From Tubulanus polymorphus (lineage: Eukaryota > Animalia > Nemertea): a stretch of DNA of 64,000 bases. Under the pieces are notes generated by a model. It saw only the letters and a program-made list of their open reading frames with translations, searched no databases and had not been told where the DNA came from. Below, piece by piece: positions 1-11,506 of the stretch (positions are counted from its first letter, which is position 1; each line of letters begins with the position of its first letter). A program made the position numbers and the translations under genes. The stretch covers positions 28,066,299 to 28,130,298 of the forward strand of contig NC_134025.1 in NCBI RefSeq assembly GCF_964204645.1, read 5' to 3'.

Positions 1-185
1 ATTATTCCTCGGTCAGAGGTTGTTTCGGAACATCGATAATATATTTAATGCTTATATTGTTAAAAATTATATTAAATTATGTTGTTGTACAAACATTTTA
101 CAGTATTGATTCTGGCCATTAATAAAGGTCTGTTTTATATATCAAATTCATTGTATGAATGTAATGTTTGATGACTTGATCCATA

Positions 186-357
186 CAGTGGAACCTTTTT
201 ACATTGAACTTCAGGTTACCAGTAAATAGGTTCATTAAAACCAATTCATTGTATCCAGTACAGTGTGAAATAAGGTTTTCCGATTTGGGACGAAACTCTA
301 GGTTCATTATAACCGATTAATCATTATATCCGAGATCGTTATAATGAGGTTCCACTG
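186..357. mobile_element. Tc1/mariner-superfamily (pogo/Tigger-like) MITE
   Basis: TA|CAGTGGAACCT (184-196) ... AGGTTCCACTG|TA (347-359): 11-bp terminal inverted repeat, TA target duplication, no coding capacity. Confidence 0.7.
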
Positions 358-666
358 TAGCCCTATCACCCCAGTGACATTACAATCGACTCTTATTATT
401 CGATACTACCATATTTACTTTATTAGCATATATACATTATTCATATAAGCTTAACATTTCACATTAGACATAGAGTCATAATAGCAGATTTCTTACATGT
501 GCAATAGACAAATACAAGTTTACTGGCCTCTGCTGTGTCTAGGATTCGTTATTGAAGTTTTGTTATATACAAGTTAGTTATAATGAAACTCACTGTATGT
601 AAAGCCATACATACATACATACCGTTGATAAGTTATCTACGCATCTAAGGGAAGTAACAATGTCGT

Positions 667-1881
667 TTATGAGAATGAAACATCATACTGTGCATTCATA
701 AAATTAGCAAAATCTGTTGTGTTACAGGCTTGTAAGCGTAATTGATCCATCTTACTGGACAGTAGCTTATCAAGATCATCAGGAGATGATAGCTCTACTG
801 AATTATTCACTTTCATCGCGACTTCATCAACTAGCAATTTAGCGATCGTGTGGGTTAATTCAGCACAAATAACAGTTTTATCAATTTGCCAGTGGGTGTT
901 CCACTTTTGGCCAAATGACAAATACACCAGAGGACTGGGTTTAGGTCCCTGTTGGCTTTGGTATAAACCCAGAGCTCTTTTAAATGATCGAAAGCAAAAT
1001 ACTTTAGTCGGTTCGCGTCGGTTTACTGAAGTTGCCTCATTTGTACAGCCTATACCAGCAAAAAAGACCTTACTGCGGCACAAACGATACACAAAGATGT
1101 CACATGTTTGACTATCAAAACAAACTACTAAACCTCGCCTCAAACCTTCAAGCGCTTTTTTAACATTCTGTAAGCCTGATTCCAACTGTGGGTCTACAAT
1201 TTCAGGAATATTTGGCAATATGATACAAACTGCATCAGATGGGCCATATAATTCAGTAGTGTTCTCGGCAGCAAATTCGTTTTCAACTTGAGAACAGATT
1301 CTCCACATATTACCAAAAAGATCCTCTGTCCTAACAGTTCCCCCTTTATACCTGATTTCTAAGGATAGTAAAGATTGGCAGCTTTGAGAGCAACTTTGGT
1401 CATTAACAATTTGATCATTACTTTGAATTGTAACATTGGTTAATGTTGGATTCCACTCTGCAACAGTTTCAGGGATTGTTACATTATGAGGAGAGTTGCT
1501 GTACCCTGGCTGAGTTTCCATTGGAATATTTTCTTGCTGATTTTGTTTTTCCTCATCAACGAATCGAAAATATTTGTGCAAATCATCTTCATCTGGTACT
1601 GGTAGTTCTTTGATATATTTGGATTTTCTTATGGCATTTCGAAACCGTGCCTTCATTTCTGAGATATTGATGTCGGAAATGTTCTTAGTTGCTGAACCTT
1701 TCAACAAACACCAATCTTTGAAAACCTTAGCATCTTTTGATTCGTTGTAGTCCGGTCTGCCTGCATGTACCCATCTAATACGAAATATTCTCTGATCTTC
1801 ATCAGACCATTCCAAACTGGGGCCATAGTTTCTGTCACACAATTTTTCTTCCAAAAACTGCACGAGATTTTGACGAGACAT
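667..1881 (-). CDS. IRF: Interferon regulatory factor (IRF DNA-binding domain + IAD/SMAD-FHA-like domain), single-exon CDS, about 404 aa
   Basis: N-terminal IRF DBD motifs (LEW...FRIRWVHAGR...VFKDW...KARFRNA). C-terminal IAD1 motifs (LYGP, LRRGL, YRLCRSKVF, VYLSFGQ). The likely start is the ATG at 1881, preceded by a splice acceptor (ttcttatttcag, AG at 1889-1888), so the ORF-track start at 1902 is intronic. Confidence 0.93.
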   Translation of the reverse strand: MSRQNLVQFLEEKLCDRNYGPSLEWSDEDQRIFRIRWVHAGRPDYNESKDAKVFKDWCLLKGSATKNISDINISEMKARFRNAIRKSKYIKELPVPDEDDLHKYFRFVDEEKQNQQENIPMETQPGYSNSPHNVTIPETVAEWNPTLTNVTIQSNDQIVNDQSCSQSCQSLLSLEIRYKGGTVRTEDLFGNMWRICSQVENEFAAENTTELYGPSDAVCIILPNIPEIVDPQLESGLQNVKKALEGLRRGLVVCFDSQTCDIFVYRLCRSKVFFAGIGCTNEATSVNRREPTKVFCFRSFKRALGLYQSQQGPKPSPLVYLSFGQKWNTHWQIDKTVICAELTHTIAKLLVDEVAMKVNNSVELSSPDDLDKLLSSKMDQLRLQACNTTDFANFMNAQYDVSFS

Positions 1882-1887
1882 GATTTT

Positions 1888-2426
1888 CTGAAATAAGAAC
1901 AATAAATCTATCGATTAAAAATCCCGCAGTTTCTTACTTAAAAACACTACCCTCAACAGAATATATCATTACTAGTCAGCCACTGACTCGTCGGTGGCAA
2001 CGCAACCTGCCTCGCCTGTGCTTTTAGTTTCACACGATCGCGGGATATTTTTGGTGATGATGGCATGCAGCTTACTCGCCACCAACGTAACTAATTACCC
2101 AAGGCAAATAAATATGAATATAATATTTTGGGTTTCTACTATCATTACCTTTAATTGATATTCAATTGCGTCAGAGGATTCAAACTGCGTCTTCCAACAT
2201 CGGTAGCAGGCACTACTATCGGTTTCAGTTCAATGTACGTGGGTTTTCCCATGTTTTTCTTACCAGGTACCGCAATTTTGTCCTAACATCACGTATTGTA
2301 AACCACGATCGAACTACCTCTCACCAGCGCTCACGAACGGTGTTTAATATCTGCCCTCGAAGAACATCGATGATTCGACTTGGCCCAAATTCGCATGGGA
2401 TCCGTTAAATATTGGCCCCTCCGAAG
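1888..2426. promoter_or_regulatory. Shared bidirectional promoter / 5' UTR region of IRF and CASD1
   Basis: Start codons only about 545 bp apart on opposite strands; CpG-richer than the flanks. IRF-E-like motifs at 2021-2033 and 2221-2231; kB/Dorsal-like GGGTTTTCCC at 2241-2250. Confidence 0.55.
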
Positions 2427-5400
2427 ATGGTTGAGCAAAGAAAACACAGCCACGCCTCACCAGAAATACCTCAATTTGTAACTGTTGAAAATGCGAAGGT
2501 TGTGGCGTTCTCTATGGTGGTTACATTCGTGCTTTACCACGGGCTCATACATCTCAAATACGGTGTGTGTCAATCTATTTTACTTGCAAAAACAAGCTTG
2601 TTTTATGTGTCTAATCATGTATAAATTTCAGATTTTATATCATAATTGCCAATTAATTGTAACTAACTGCTGTGTTATTAGTGAAACCCTTTTGGTTGTA
2701 GATCTCGATACTGTAACCACATACCTGTATATTTTACATCATATGAATCACAGACAGTTATTTTACTGACTGGTAGTGCGCTTGACATCTGAGTAGTCAG
2801 ATGCAGTCATCTCTCGTAACTGTTAGTAGTTTTCAAATATGGTCGTGGAATCATAAATGAAACCTAAATGAAATATATTTCTTTTGATTTTTAAAGTCCA
2901 TCTTTTCGGTTTTTGAACGAGTTGACTGATTGTGAATTAACTAAATTTAGGCCTACTTCAAATTGCAGGGAGTTCTTACGTCGTAAGTTTTTTTTATCCC
3001 TCTGTTTGGAAAGCTTGAAGTTGTGGCCACGTGTAACTTGGCTCTAGTCAAAAGTTTGCATCGAGTTGATTCGGATTTTGTGTCCGTTGAATAATGTGCA
3101 TGTTTCGATCTCCACAAAATCTGCCACACACCAATGTTGTTAAACTTAGATCTTTAAAGCCTTTATTTAAATGGCAAGTCTTTAAATCTGGTGAACTAAT
3201 TCTCTGCACCCTTTCCCAATAATTGAATATCTGTTTTCAAGTGTGGGTGCCAAACTGTTCCCCCGTACTCTTAGCTAAATGTGATCGTTCTAGAGTTTTT
3301 TTTGTTCAGGTAAAGGAATGGCATATCCATGAGGACAAAAGATCGTTTGCTTGTGGACAAGATTTGTACTTATACATCTCGTAATCATAGCGGCGCGTTG
3401 ATCTCTTAAAGCTGTTGTTAAGGTTGCTAAAAATTCGACCTTTAGGATCAATTTTAAATTGATACCATGAAATATAAGTTACTAAAAGTTGTTGATTGTA
3501 TGAAAAGAAATTACTTGTCTTTACAGTCGATAGGTGCTCTGGAATTTTGCCTGTTCAGATTGTGGCATTATAAACACTCTGTTGCTGGTTTGATCACTTT
3601 CCATTGTCAAGTAAACAAAAATTTCAGCTGATCTAATCTTAGAATTTCCTGATTTTAATGGTTTTCTACTTCCTAAGTTTAATCGGTCGAGTCGTAACTC
3701 TGATCTCCCTCTGATCTATAGGATGTAGTTAGTTAATAGATAGTTATGTTTTTCGTATCAGTTATCACTATTCATTCCTATAGAATTTCAGTGAATAACC
3801 CGGATATGGACTGATCTACTCTCCGCACGTGCGCACTACTTTCCCGCTACTACTGGTACTTGAAAGATCCCTAGAATTTAGCAAACTAATATAATTTTAC
3901 TGAAATGGTTGAAATGTGGACAATCAATCAATATATTTTTGTTTTTTCATATTCCTAAATTGTGTTATTTCTGTGTAATTTCTTTAGGAAGTGACTCTTG
4001 CCAATGGTTATTAAGCGATGGGCGTTTTCAAGGTTATAACGCATGGCAGCCTTACGGTTGTATGATGCATAGATATTCAAAAAGGTAAAAAAATGCCATT
4101 ATCTCCGATCATATTCAATAACTCATGTAATATGAATTTTTAACATCTTTCGCTTGTTATTTTAAACACACTAGTATAATATTGCCTGAGTTCAGCCTAA
4201 ATGATGTTTATTAGCACAGTTCTTATCCTATAAACTGCAACTTTCCTATTTTTATTTACCGCCTAATCATGTTTATCAACCTTAGTATTCAAACACTGTT
4301 TACGGACAGTTTCCTTAGAATATTTTTGTCAACTTGACTTAACTTTATTACCATTTTCTATTGTGCCCTTCCACAAGAGCATTTATCTGCTTTCTCTTTC
4401 AACTGCTGCATTTTGAAGTGTCTGCCTCTTTTACAGCACAAATCTTCTACCAAGGAGATGGAATGTTCCATCTTTCAGAAGGGCACAATCTATATCTAGT
4501 CTAGGTCTTTATGTAATGCACAGCATTTCGATTTTTCAGCGATTCCAGGAATTGTATGCATTACATATCTTACTGGGGCGGATATAATCACATAGTATTT
4601 CTGGGTGATTCTCGAATACGACAGCTGTACCACGAGTTTGTCGGAATGTTCTCTAATAAACCACCTCAAAAAGGCAAACAACATCATGACATGCACTTCA
4701 GCGATGAGAAAATCAATTTGAAAGTTGTAAGTAATGAAATCTCCTAGCGGACCTTCAAGGGGCCTAATTTTCCTGCCAAAAAATATTTTTCCTTCGAATT
4801 CCTCATTTTTTGTGGAGAAACAGTTTTTCCCTATTTCAAAAGAGAAACATCAGTCCATTAGCAATAAAATGTTAAATGTCATGAATCATCTGAAATTCTT
4901 ATGTCAGTGTATTTCAGGTCTCCACATCCTTAGTATAAGTTCTGGTTCTGTCACTTAAGAAGTTGATGCCAATTGGATACTTGTGCCCTGTCCAGCCATC
5001 TAAAATTCCTATTTTCATCCATCAAAGAAAATTCGATCCCCCTTCTTTTTTTCAAAGGGACCATTTGACAGTCTGTACTAGCTAACTCTTAACCATTGGT
5101 GTTATGTCTGATTTCGAGGCAAATATTTCAACTTTATTTCAGGATTTCCTATGGCAACCGATGGTCAGCGATACTATGTATAACGTTTACAAATCATGGC
5201 TAAAGATGGAGCCACGTGACCGTCCTAACCTTGTTATAACAGGCAGCGCTACTGTGAGTACCTGTATATAATGGCTAAAACAAATCATCAGTTGTTCACA
5301 ATTTTATCTGAAATTCGTTTTCTGCATTTCTCTTCCACTGCAGTGGAGTGTAAAACTTTCCAATGGAAGCAAAGAATTTTTGGGTAATTTCAAAGGTATG

Positions 5401-8400
5401 TATAAATGCAACCGCATGTAAACCTTATGTAGAACAAGGTGTTAAAGAGGTGTATTCGATACCATTTCAGTGAATCTCACTTATATTGTGCCCTACTTCA
5501 ATAAACTGAAGTCAACTATGAAAGTTCTGTGGATGTTACAAGGTAAATTGTGTCTGGATATAACTAATATAACAGTATGTGAATCATCAGGTTCGTGGGT
5601 ATCTAATATTTGGTTGATGAATTACAGATCCAGTCGTCGAATCACGTTTAGTTCCCAATCATTCAATGATTACAAATGAACGTATTGATGAATACAATCG
5701 AGCTGCTATCGATATATTGTAAGTATGTGAATATATACACTTAAACACTAAGAATTCAATTTTATGATTGATTAGAAAATAGAATTCATTATGTAGCCTC
5801 AACAGATTTCAAAATTTCCAAATTTTACGTATCTTATTTTTTGCTGGCTACTTTAGGAGACACAGTACAGCCAAGGTGTGGAGTTCCTCACGTCTGATAA
5901 CTCAAGGTTATAATCATGATATGAACGACGGTCTTCATGCCGGACATGTAGCTTTAGACTGGGTAAGTCCAGACCTACTACGTTTCGAATTGCTCAACTC
6001 CGAAAATTAAGAAAAACCTTTAGAATTAGAATTACTTCTACCGATAGTTTGAATCAGTGACTCTTTTTGAGGCAAAATGATTCGTTAGTGATGATTCTTT
6101 GATCATTTAGTATTTTATGTTGTTTTTAGGATAATCAAATAGTAATGAACATGTACTGTAATGATCATATGGGATATAATGATGGCACGTGTTGTAGCAG
6201 TGCTGAACCAGTGACTAAATTACAAATCTTTGTTGCTGGCTTCTTTTTGTTTTGGTAGGTTTTCAAATGACTTACCGTAATCAAACTGCTGAATCCCAAA
6301 TCATTCGACAAGGCTGAAAATGTATCTTTTGTTTTTCTAGTATTGTGTTATCATTGAGTATGTATATATATAAAAGACGAAATAAAAGAAATGGAAATAA
6401 AACCAGAAATTCTGTACATTCAGGTAAATCCTAATTTCTTCAAGCATTAATACTCGGGTCTGTATTTTGCTTTCAACGTTGTTGTTAATCTTATTGAACG
6501 GTGACTTTACATATTCAGATAATAATGGTCAAAGATTGGCCAATACCCCACCGACTGTTGGAAAGAACAACGAAGAAGATGTTTATTATATAGTTTTCAC
6601 CAATTTAGCTAGATTGGGAGTTATTATGGCTTATTTCTTTATTTGCGATCGGTGAGTTGAGCTTTCTATAGGAACTATATTTCTCTGACTGAATTGATAC
6701 TTATTACTCGTGCGTTCTTACTGTTTGCTTTTTAGAACAAATTTTTTCATGAAAGAGAACAAAGCTTATACATTGTTGAACTTTTTGTTGCCACTTGGTT
6801 ACGTAATGGTCCTGGGTTTCTTCTTTACCGATAACACCGACAAGGTTAGATTTTTTTTACAAAAAAATCGAATGAAATCTATATTAGAATCTATCTCATG
6901 TATTTCAACTAAGCCGTGCTAAGTCGTGCATGATACAATTAAAACATCATTTTGAATTGATTCTGTTGGAATATTTCAGACAACGATGTTACATCGTGAT
7001 CAGACCGATGAATGGAAAGGTTGGATGCAACTTGTCATTCTGATATATCATATAACTGGAGCTAGCAGAGTAAGTAATGTGTAATTATTTGACTTCAGTT
7101 GAAGTTATGTCTTCATGAACGACAAGTTTTAAGAGATATTTTGTTAGATTTTGACTTCATAATCTGCTGTCTCAGTCAGAAATGTATATTTATCAAGAGT
7201 CTGATTTGTAAATTTCAGGTGCTGCCTATTTATATGCATATCCGTGTTCTAGTCTCGGCATATTTGTTCCTTTCTGGTTATGGTCACTTTCATTATTTCT
7301 GGAGCAAAGGAGAACACAGCCTCAATCGGTTTTGTCAGGTAATTAGCTGTCTATTATAATTTTTCTGTGCATGGCATTGTGTGGATTACCGGTTTGAATT
7401 TCAATTGATTGAATTCAGTTTTATTTGCTTTCAAATATTCATTTATTTTGGCTTGAATTAACTGACTGAATATGTTGTGATAGGTTCCTATTATGGAGTG
7501 TGTGTTTTCGATTCCATTCCTCTCAAACACTTCACTGTTGTTTCACTCTGGTTGTTGGGTTTCATTCAGAAGTTCTCTTCGGTAGTAGAATATATCCTAG
7601 TTAAAGGCACTTCATATTGATTAGTCATTCAGTTAACCTGAACTTTGGTGGAGCGATCTCTATTCTTCACAGATTAATAAAGAATTCAAGTAACAGTAAT
7701 TATTATTATCTATCACTAGTTGAATTAGCCTAAATCTGTATATTAAACACGATATATATTTAAAAGCTTAAACAGAACCAATATTTCAATATGATTTGAA
7801 CATACATTTCAACGCTGTAACGGCATACTCTGAACGTTCGGTTGGTTAAATCATTGGATATCATGAATTACATGTTCAGTGTAATGTTTTGGTCTTTCAG
7901 AATATTTGTACATCCAGGTCATTTTGGTCTTACCGTCAACACGGTCTACGTAGAGTGGTAGAAGTAAGTTTGATTGTAACGTACACACTCACAGAGCATG
8001 GACTAACATTTTAATACTGGTTGCTTACCATTCTCCATTCCAGACTCGTGGTATTTGCATATATAATTACTGTTATTCTTGATTTATGATAAATGAATCA
8101 TCCCCGTGTGGTTTGAATTTTGCAAATGATTTGTTTATTATTCGTCATTAATTTGTAATTCTCGGTTTTCCAGCACTTAGTAACATTAATATGTTTCATA
8201 CTCTTTTCATGTTGGCATGATAAACTTATGTGGAATGGAGAAGCGTTTTTCTTTTATAAATGATGATAACAACACTGTCTGTCATACTTTGAGGGTTTAT
8301 TCGAATATATTACCATATGACTTTTATTCTGGTGCCAAATTGTCTTCAGTTTACCATTCATGTGTATTTTGCATCCCATCGAGATTGATTTTTGTGGTTT

Positions 8401-10694
8401 TTGAATTGATTTGCTATTTGTGGGTGGAATGAACATGATGACACATTGATTCAGGGTCCCTATGACTCCTTGGTGCCTTAAAACACTTCTTCAAAATGAA
8501 AAATGTTTATAAAGGTGCTTGAAACTCCTTTGATTTGAGCAAAATGCCTAAAACTTCAATTTCGAGAAATAGCATTTAGATACTTCAGATGTTTATTAGT
8601 TTAGTACATGAGACTGCACCTAATTCAGTAGTTGCAAGCAGGATCTTTTTGTTCTCTAATTAGGCAGTTACCGAATTAGAAATCAAGTTTACTAGTGTCG
8701 AGGATAGATATTTATGTGTAAAACCATCAAATATATAGTTTATGTAAATAAACAGTACCGAGTGGGATATGAAAGTGATGTGGATGCATCCTTGAAATAT
8801 GAAATTTACTCCTTTGAAACTCCTCGAAAACTCCTTATATCCAGGAATAACTGATCTGTAGGGACCCATGTTCAATCCATGTGTATTTACTTGAATTTAT
8901 TGTCATTATGTTTGTTGCCTTGATGTGATTGTTGCTTTACACAAACTGCTTATTTTACACAGTATATTTCACCTCGGCATATAGCAATAGTGGTGTTTGG
9001 TAACCGAAATTCATTTCAAAATTATATATAGGAAATATATGTTTCATGTTCTCTTATTTTTTTTCAGGTTCTGTTCCGTATGAACATGTTGGTGGTCACA
9101 TTATGTTTCGTGATGAACAGACCGTATCAGTTTTACTATTTTGTTCCATTGATATCTTTTTGGTTCATCATCATATATGTAGTACTGTCAGTATGGCCTC
9201 GGTTATCAGCTAGCAGTGCTGAAGGTAATGTAAACCAATTCAATCAATATGCTTTAATAAGAGTTCAAAATCTGTTTACGGACTCAAATCTGTAGTTATT
9301 CTATCTGCCAATCCCAAACTCTGAACTCTGTTCTTTTGTTTCAGCTAATATTTTTCACTATTTGTATATGATGGTGAAGTTTTTAGTGCTCATTCTAATC
9401 GTTACTTTGCTGTACGTTTCTGAGGTAAAACATCGACTTCTTGCTCAAATAAGAAAGAAAGGTAACACGTGAATTTTGAGCTCATTCATTTATTTCTGTT
9501 TTGTTTGTAGGTCTTGTTTGAGAAGATATTCTTGACAAATCCATTCAAAGCTTTTTTTGTGACGTTGGATGATTCGTTGCATGAATGGCGTTTTCGTTGG
9601 CAGTTGGATAGATACGTGAGTTTTTGATATTTAACATATTTTCTCTACTGAAATCGAGATAAATACGAGCAAATTTCTACTTCTATTTCCAGAGTTTTAT
9701 ATACGGAATGATATTTGCATTTGTTTACATGATACTGAAGCATTTTCGATTGATAAACGACGAAGGGGAAGAAACTCTATTTTCTAGGACGGTGTCATTT
9801 ATCGTAGCCGGGTGCTCCGTACTCGGAATAGCTGTAAGTATGCTCTATATCTTCACTCATGTAGATAACCATAAATACACAAAGAGAATATACATACTCT
9901 TTATATATTTTTGACGTAACCTATGTTACCTTTTTATGCCGACATTGTTGAATAATTTCAGGGGTACGCCGTGTTTTCAGTATTATGTAGAAGCAAACAA
10001 GAATGTAACGAACTTCATCCATACCTCACATTTTTACCCGTAAGTCAATATTCTATAATTGAATTCTACGATGTTCTACCGGATATCTGATGTTTGTTTG
10101 TTGAACTGTGAAATTCACGGGGCCAGTCTTAAAATACGTATTGTAATGTATGCACAATTTTGCCTATTTTCGTAGGACGAAGTCATCGGTTTTTCCCCGT
10201 TCACTGTGGATGCATACCTACTTAACGAATGATCCCTGAATTGAAAATCCCTCTTTTTTCAGATTGTATCGTATATATTCCTTCGTAATACATGGGGAAG
10301 TTTAAGGTCTCGTTACAGTTCATTCTTCGCTTGGTTCGGAAAAATATCGTTGGAGGTAAATTATTTGTTTCTTTACGGATTTCTGCTACATCGAATGAAC
10401 GAATCACTGAATGTATTTCCGTTTTGTATCTCGTTGTAGTTATTCATCGCTCAGTATCACATCTGGCTCGCGGCCGATACTCACGGAGTTCTAGTTCTCA
10501 TTCCGAGCAATCAAGTTCTCAATATAATCATAACGACATTTATATTCGTGTGCACGTGTCACGAAATCCATAAAGTCACCGAGACGTTGACAAAATACGC
10601 GATTCCAACCGATTGGAAGTTGGTTCTGCGCAACGTCGTATGCTTTACGATCATTCTGATACCGATCGGATGGACACACGGCGTGTTTTCATAG
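2427..10694 (+). CDS. CASD1: CAS1 domain-containing sialate O-acetyltransferase (SGNH domain + multi-pass transmembrane Cas1 domain), 21 exons
   Basis: Exons: 2427-2562, 3988-4084, 4540-4726, 5143-5253, 5344-5395, 5471-5542, 5628-5718, 5857-5962, 6130-6254, 6341-6423, 6519-6651, 6736-6844, 6980-7069, 7219-7338, 9068-9224, 9345-9424, 9511-9615, 9693-9833, 9962-10039, 10263-10355, 10440-10694; all GT-AG. Motifs: [11 protein letters not shown], catalytic GDSRIRQ and [56 protein letters not shown]. Confidence 0.93.
4748..5075. mobile_element. Possible degenerate MITE in CASD1 intron 3
   Basis: CGGACCTTCAAGGGGCCT at the 5' end matches the reverse complement of GGACCATTTGACAGTCTG at the 3' end at only 11 of 18 positions. 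It would explain why this intron is larger than its neighbours. Confidence 0.3.
8452..8870. mobile_element. Non-autonomous DNA transposon relic in CASD1 intron 14
   Basis: CAGGGTCCCTA at 8452 and TAGGGACCCATG at 8859-8870 form inverted termini. Subterminal CTTGAAA/ACTCCTT repeats occur near both ends (about 8516-8532 and 8788-8836). Confidence 0.55.
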
Positions 10695-11506
10695 ATATTC
10701 ATGGATTATTATTTACCCAGCGATAGTCAATGTCGGATACGACTCTATCTTCCTCACCTGTATCCTATTGTAAATGTGCGTGAGAGTGCGTGTTATAAAA
10801 AAAGTTATTTTTGCTGTGATGTGCTTTAAAAAACCAGTTTTGTTTTGTGATATCTAATTCTCTTTGTTCTTTTTTAGTTTTCTTAAATTTTCTTATAATG
10901 TATATACTGTATATAGCATATATGAATGTATCGTTATTATTACCGTATATACACATGGATGTACAATATAATCAATTGATGACAGTAAAATCAAACTGTT
11001 TTACATTTATTTGAAATTTCCTTTTACATCAACTGTAATACAAACATTGTATTCTGATCTCCATGAGGATATAAATTATTTCAAAAATAAATTTGTCATT
11101 TTATAGTATACTATAATGGTCCCTTTTTGTTTGTATTTTTTCTGACGATGCATTCATGGCATAACACACTGCGACGGATGGCGAATAAAAAGTCATGAGG
11201 ATCTTTAAAAACTGGTTTCAGGATTCGTATTGATCGTAGAATTTACTGGTCTAGGTACACTGTCTGTGCAGGTGAAACTGACAATAGAATAAACCTGTTA
11301 TACCGGAATGAAAAAAAGGAACTTGACAAACGGTTTCGAATTTCACCGCGGCTATACATTACGTACATTGAAAAAAACTGCTAGCCTTTATATAATATAG
11401 CCTGCATATGATTAGAGGACGTTAATTGATTTGAAAGGCTATCTCATATTCTCTATAACTGGCAGTAATACTACAGCTATAATTCCTACTGGATGCTTTA
11501 TTTATA

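Noticed and set aside
848-1111. 87-aa + strand ORF, and similar antisense ORFs over the calmodulin-like, UBE2E and beta-catenin exons
   Set aside because: Shadow ORFs of real coding exons with no recognisable motifs.
7484-7581. Additional acceptor/donor pair in CASD1 intron 14
   Set aside because: 98 nt (frameshifting), weak donor, no CASD1-like peptide.
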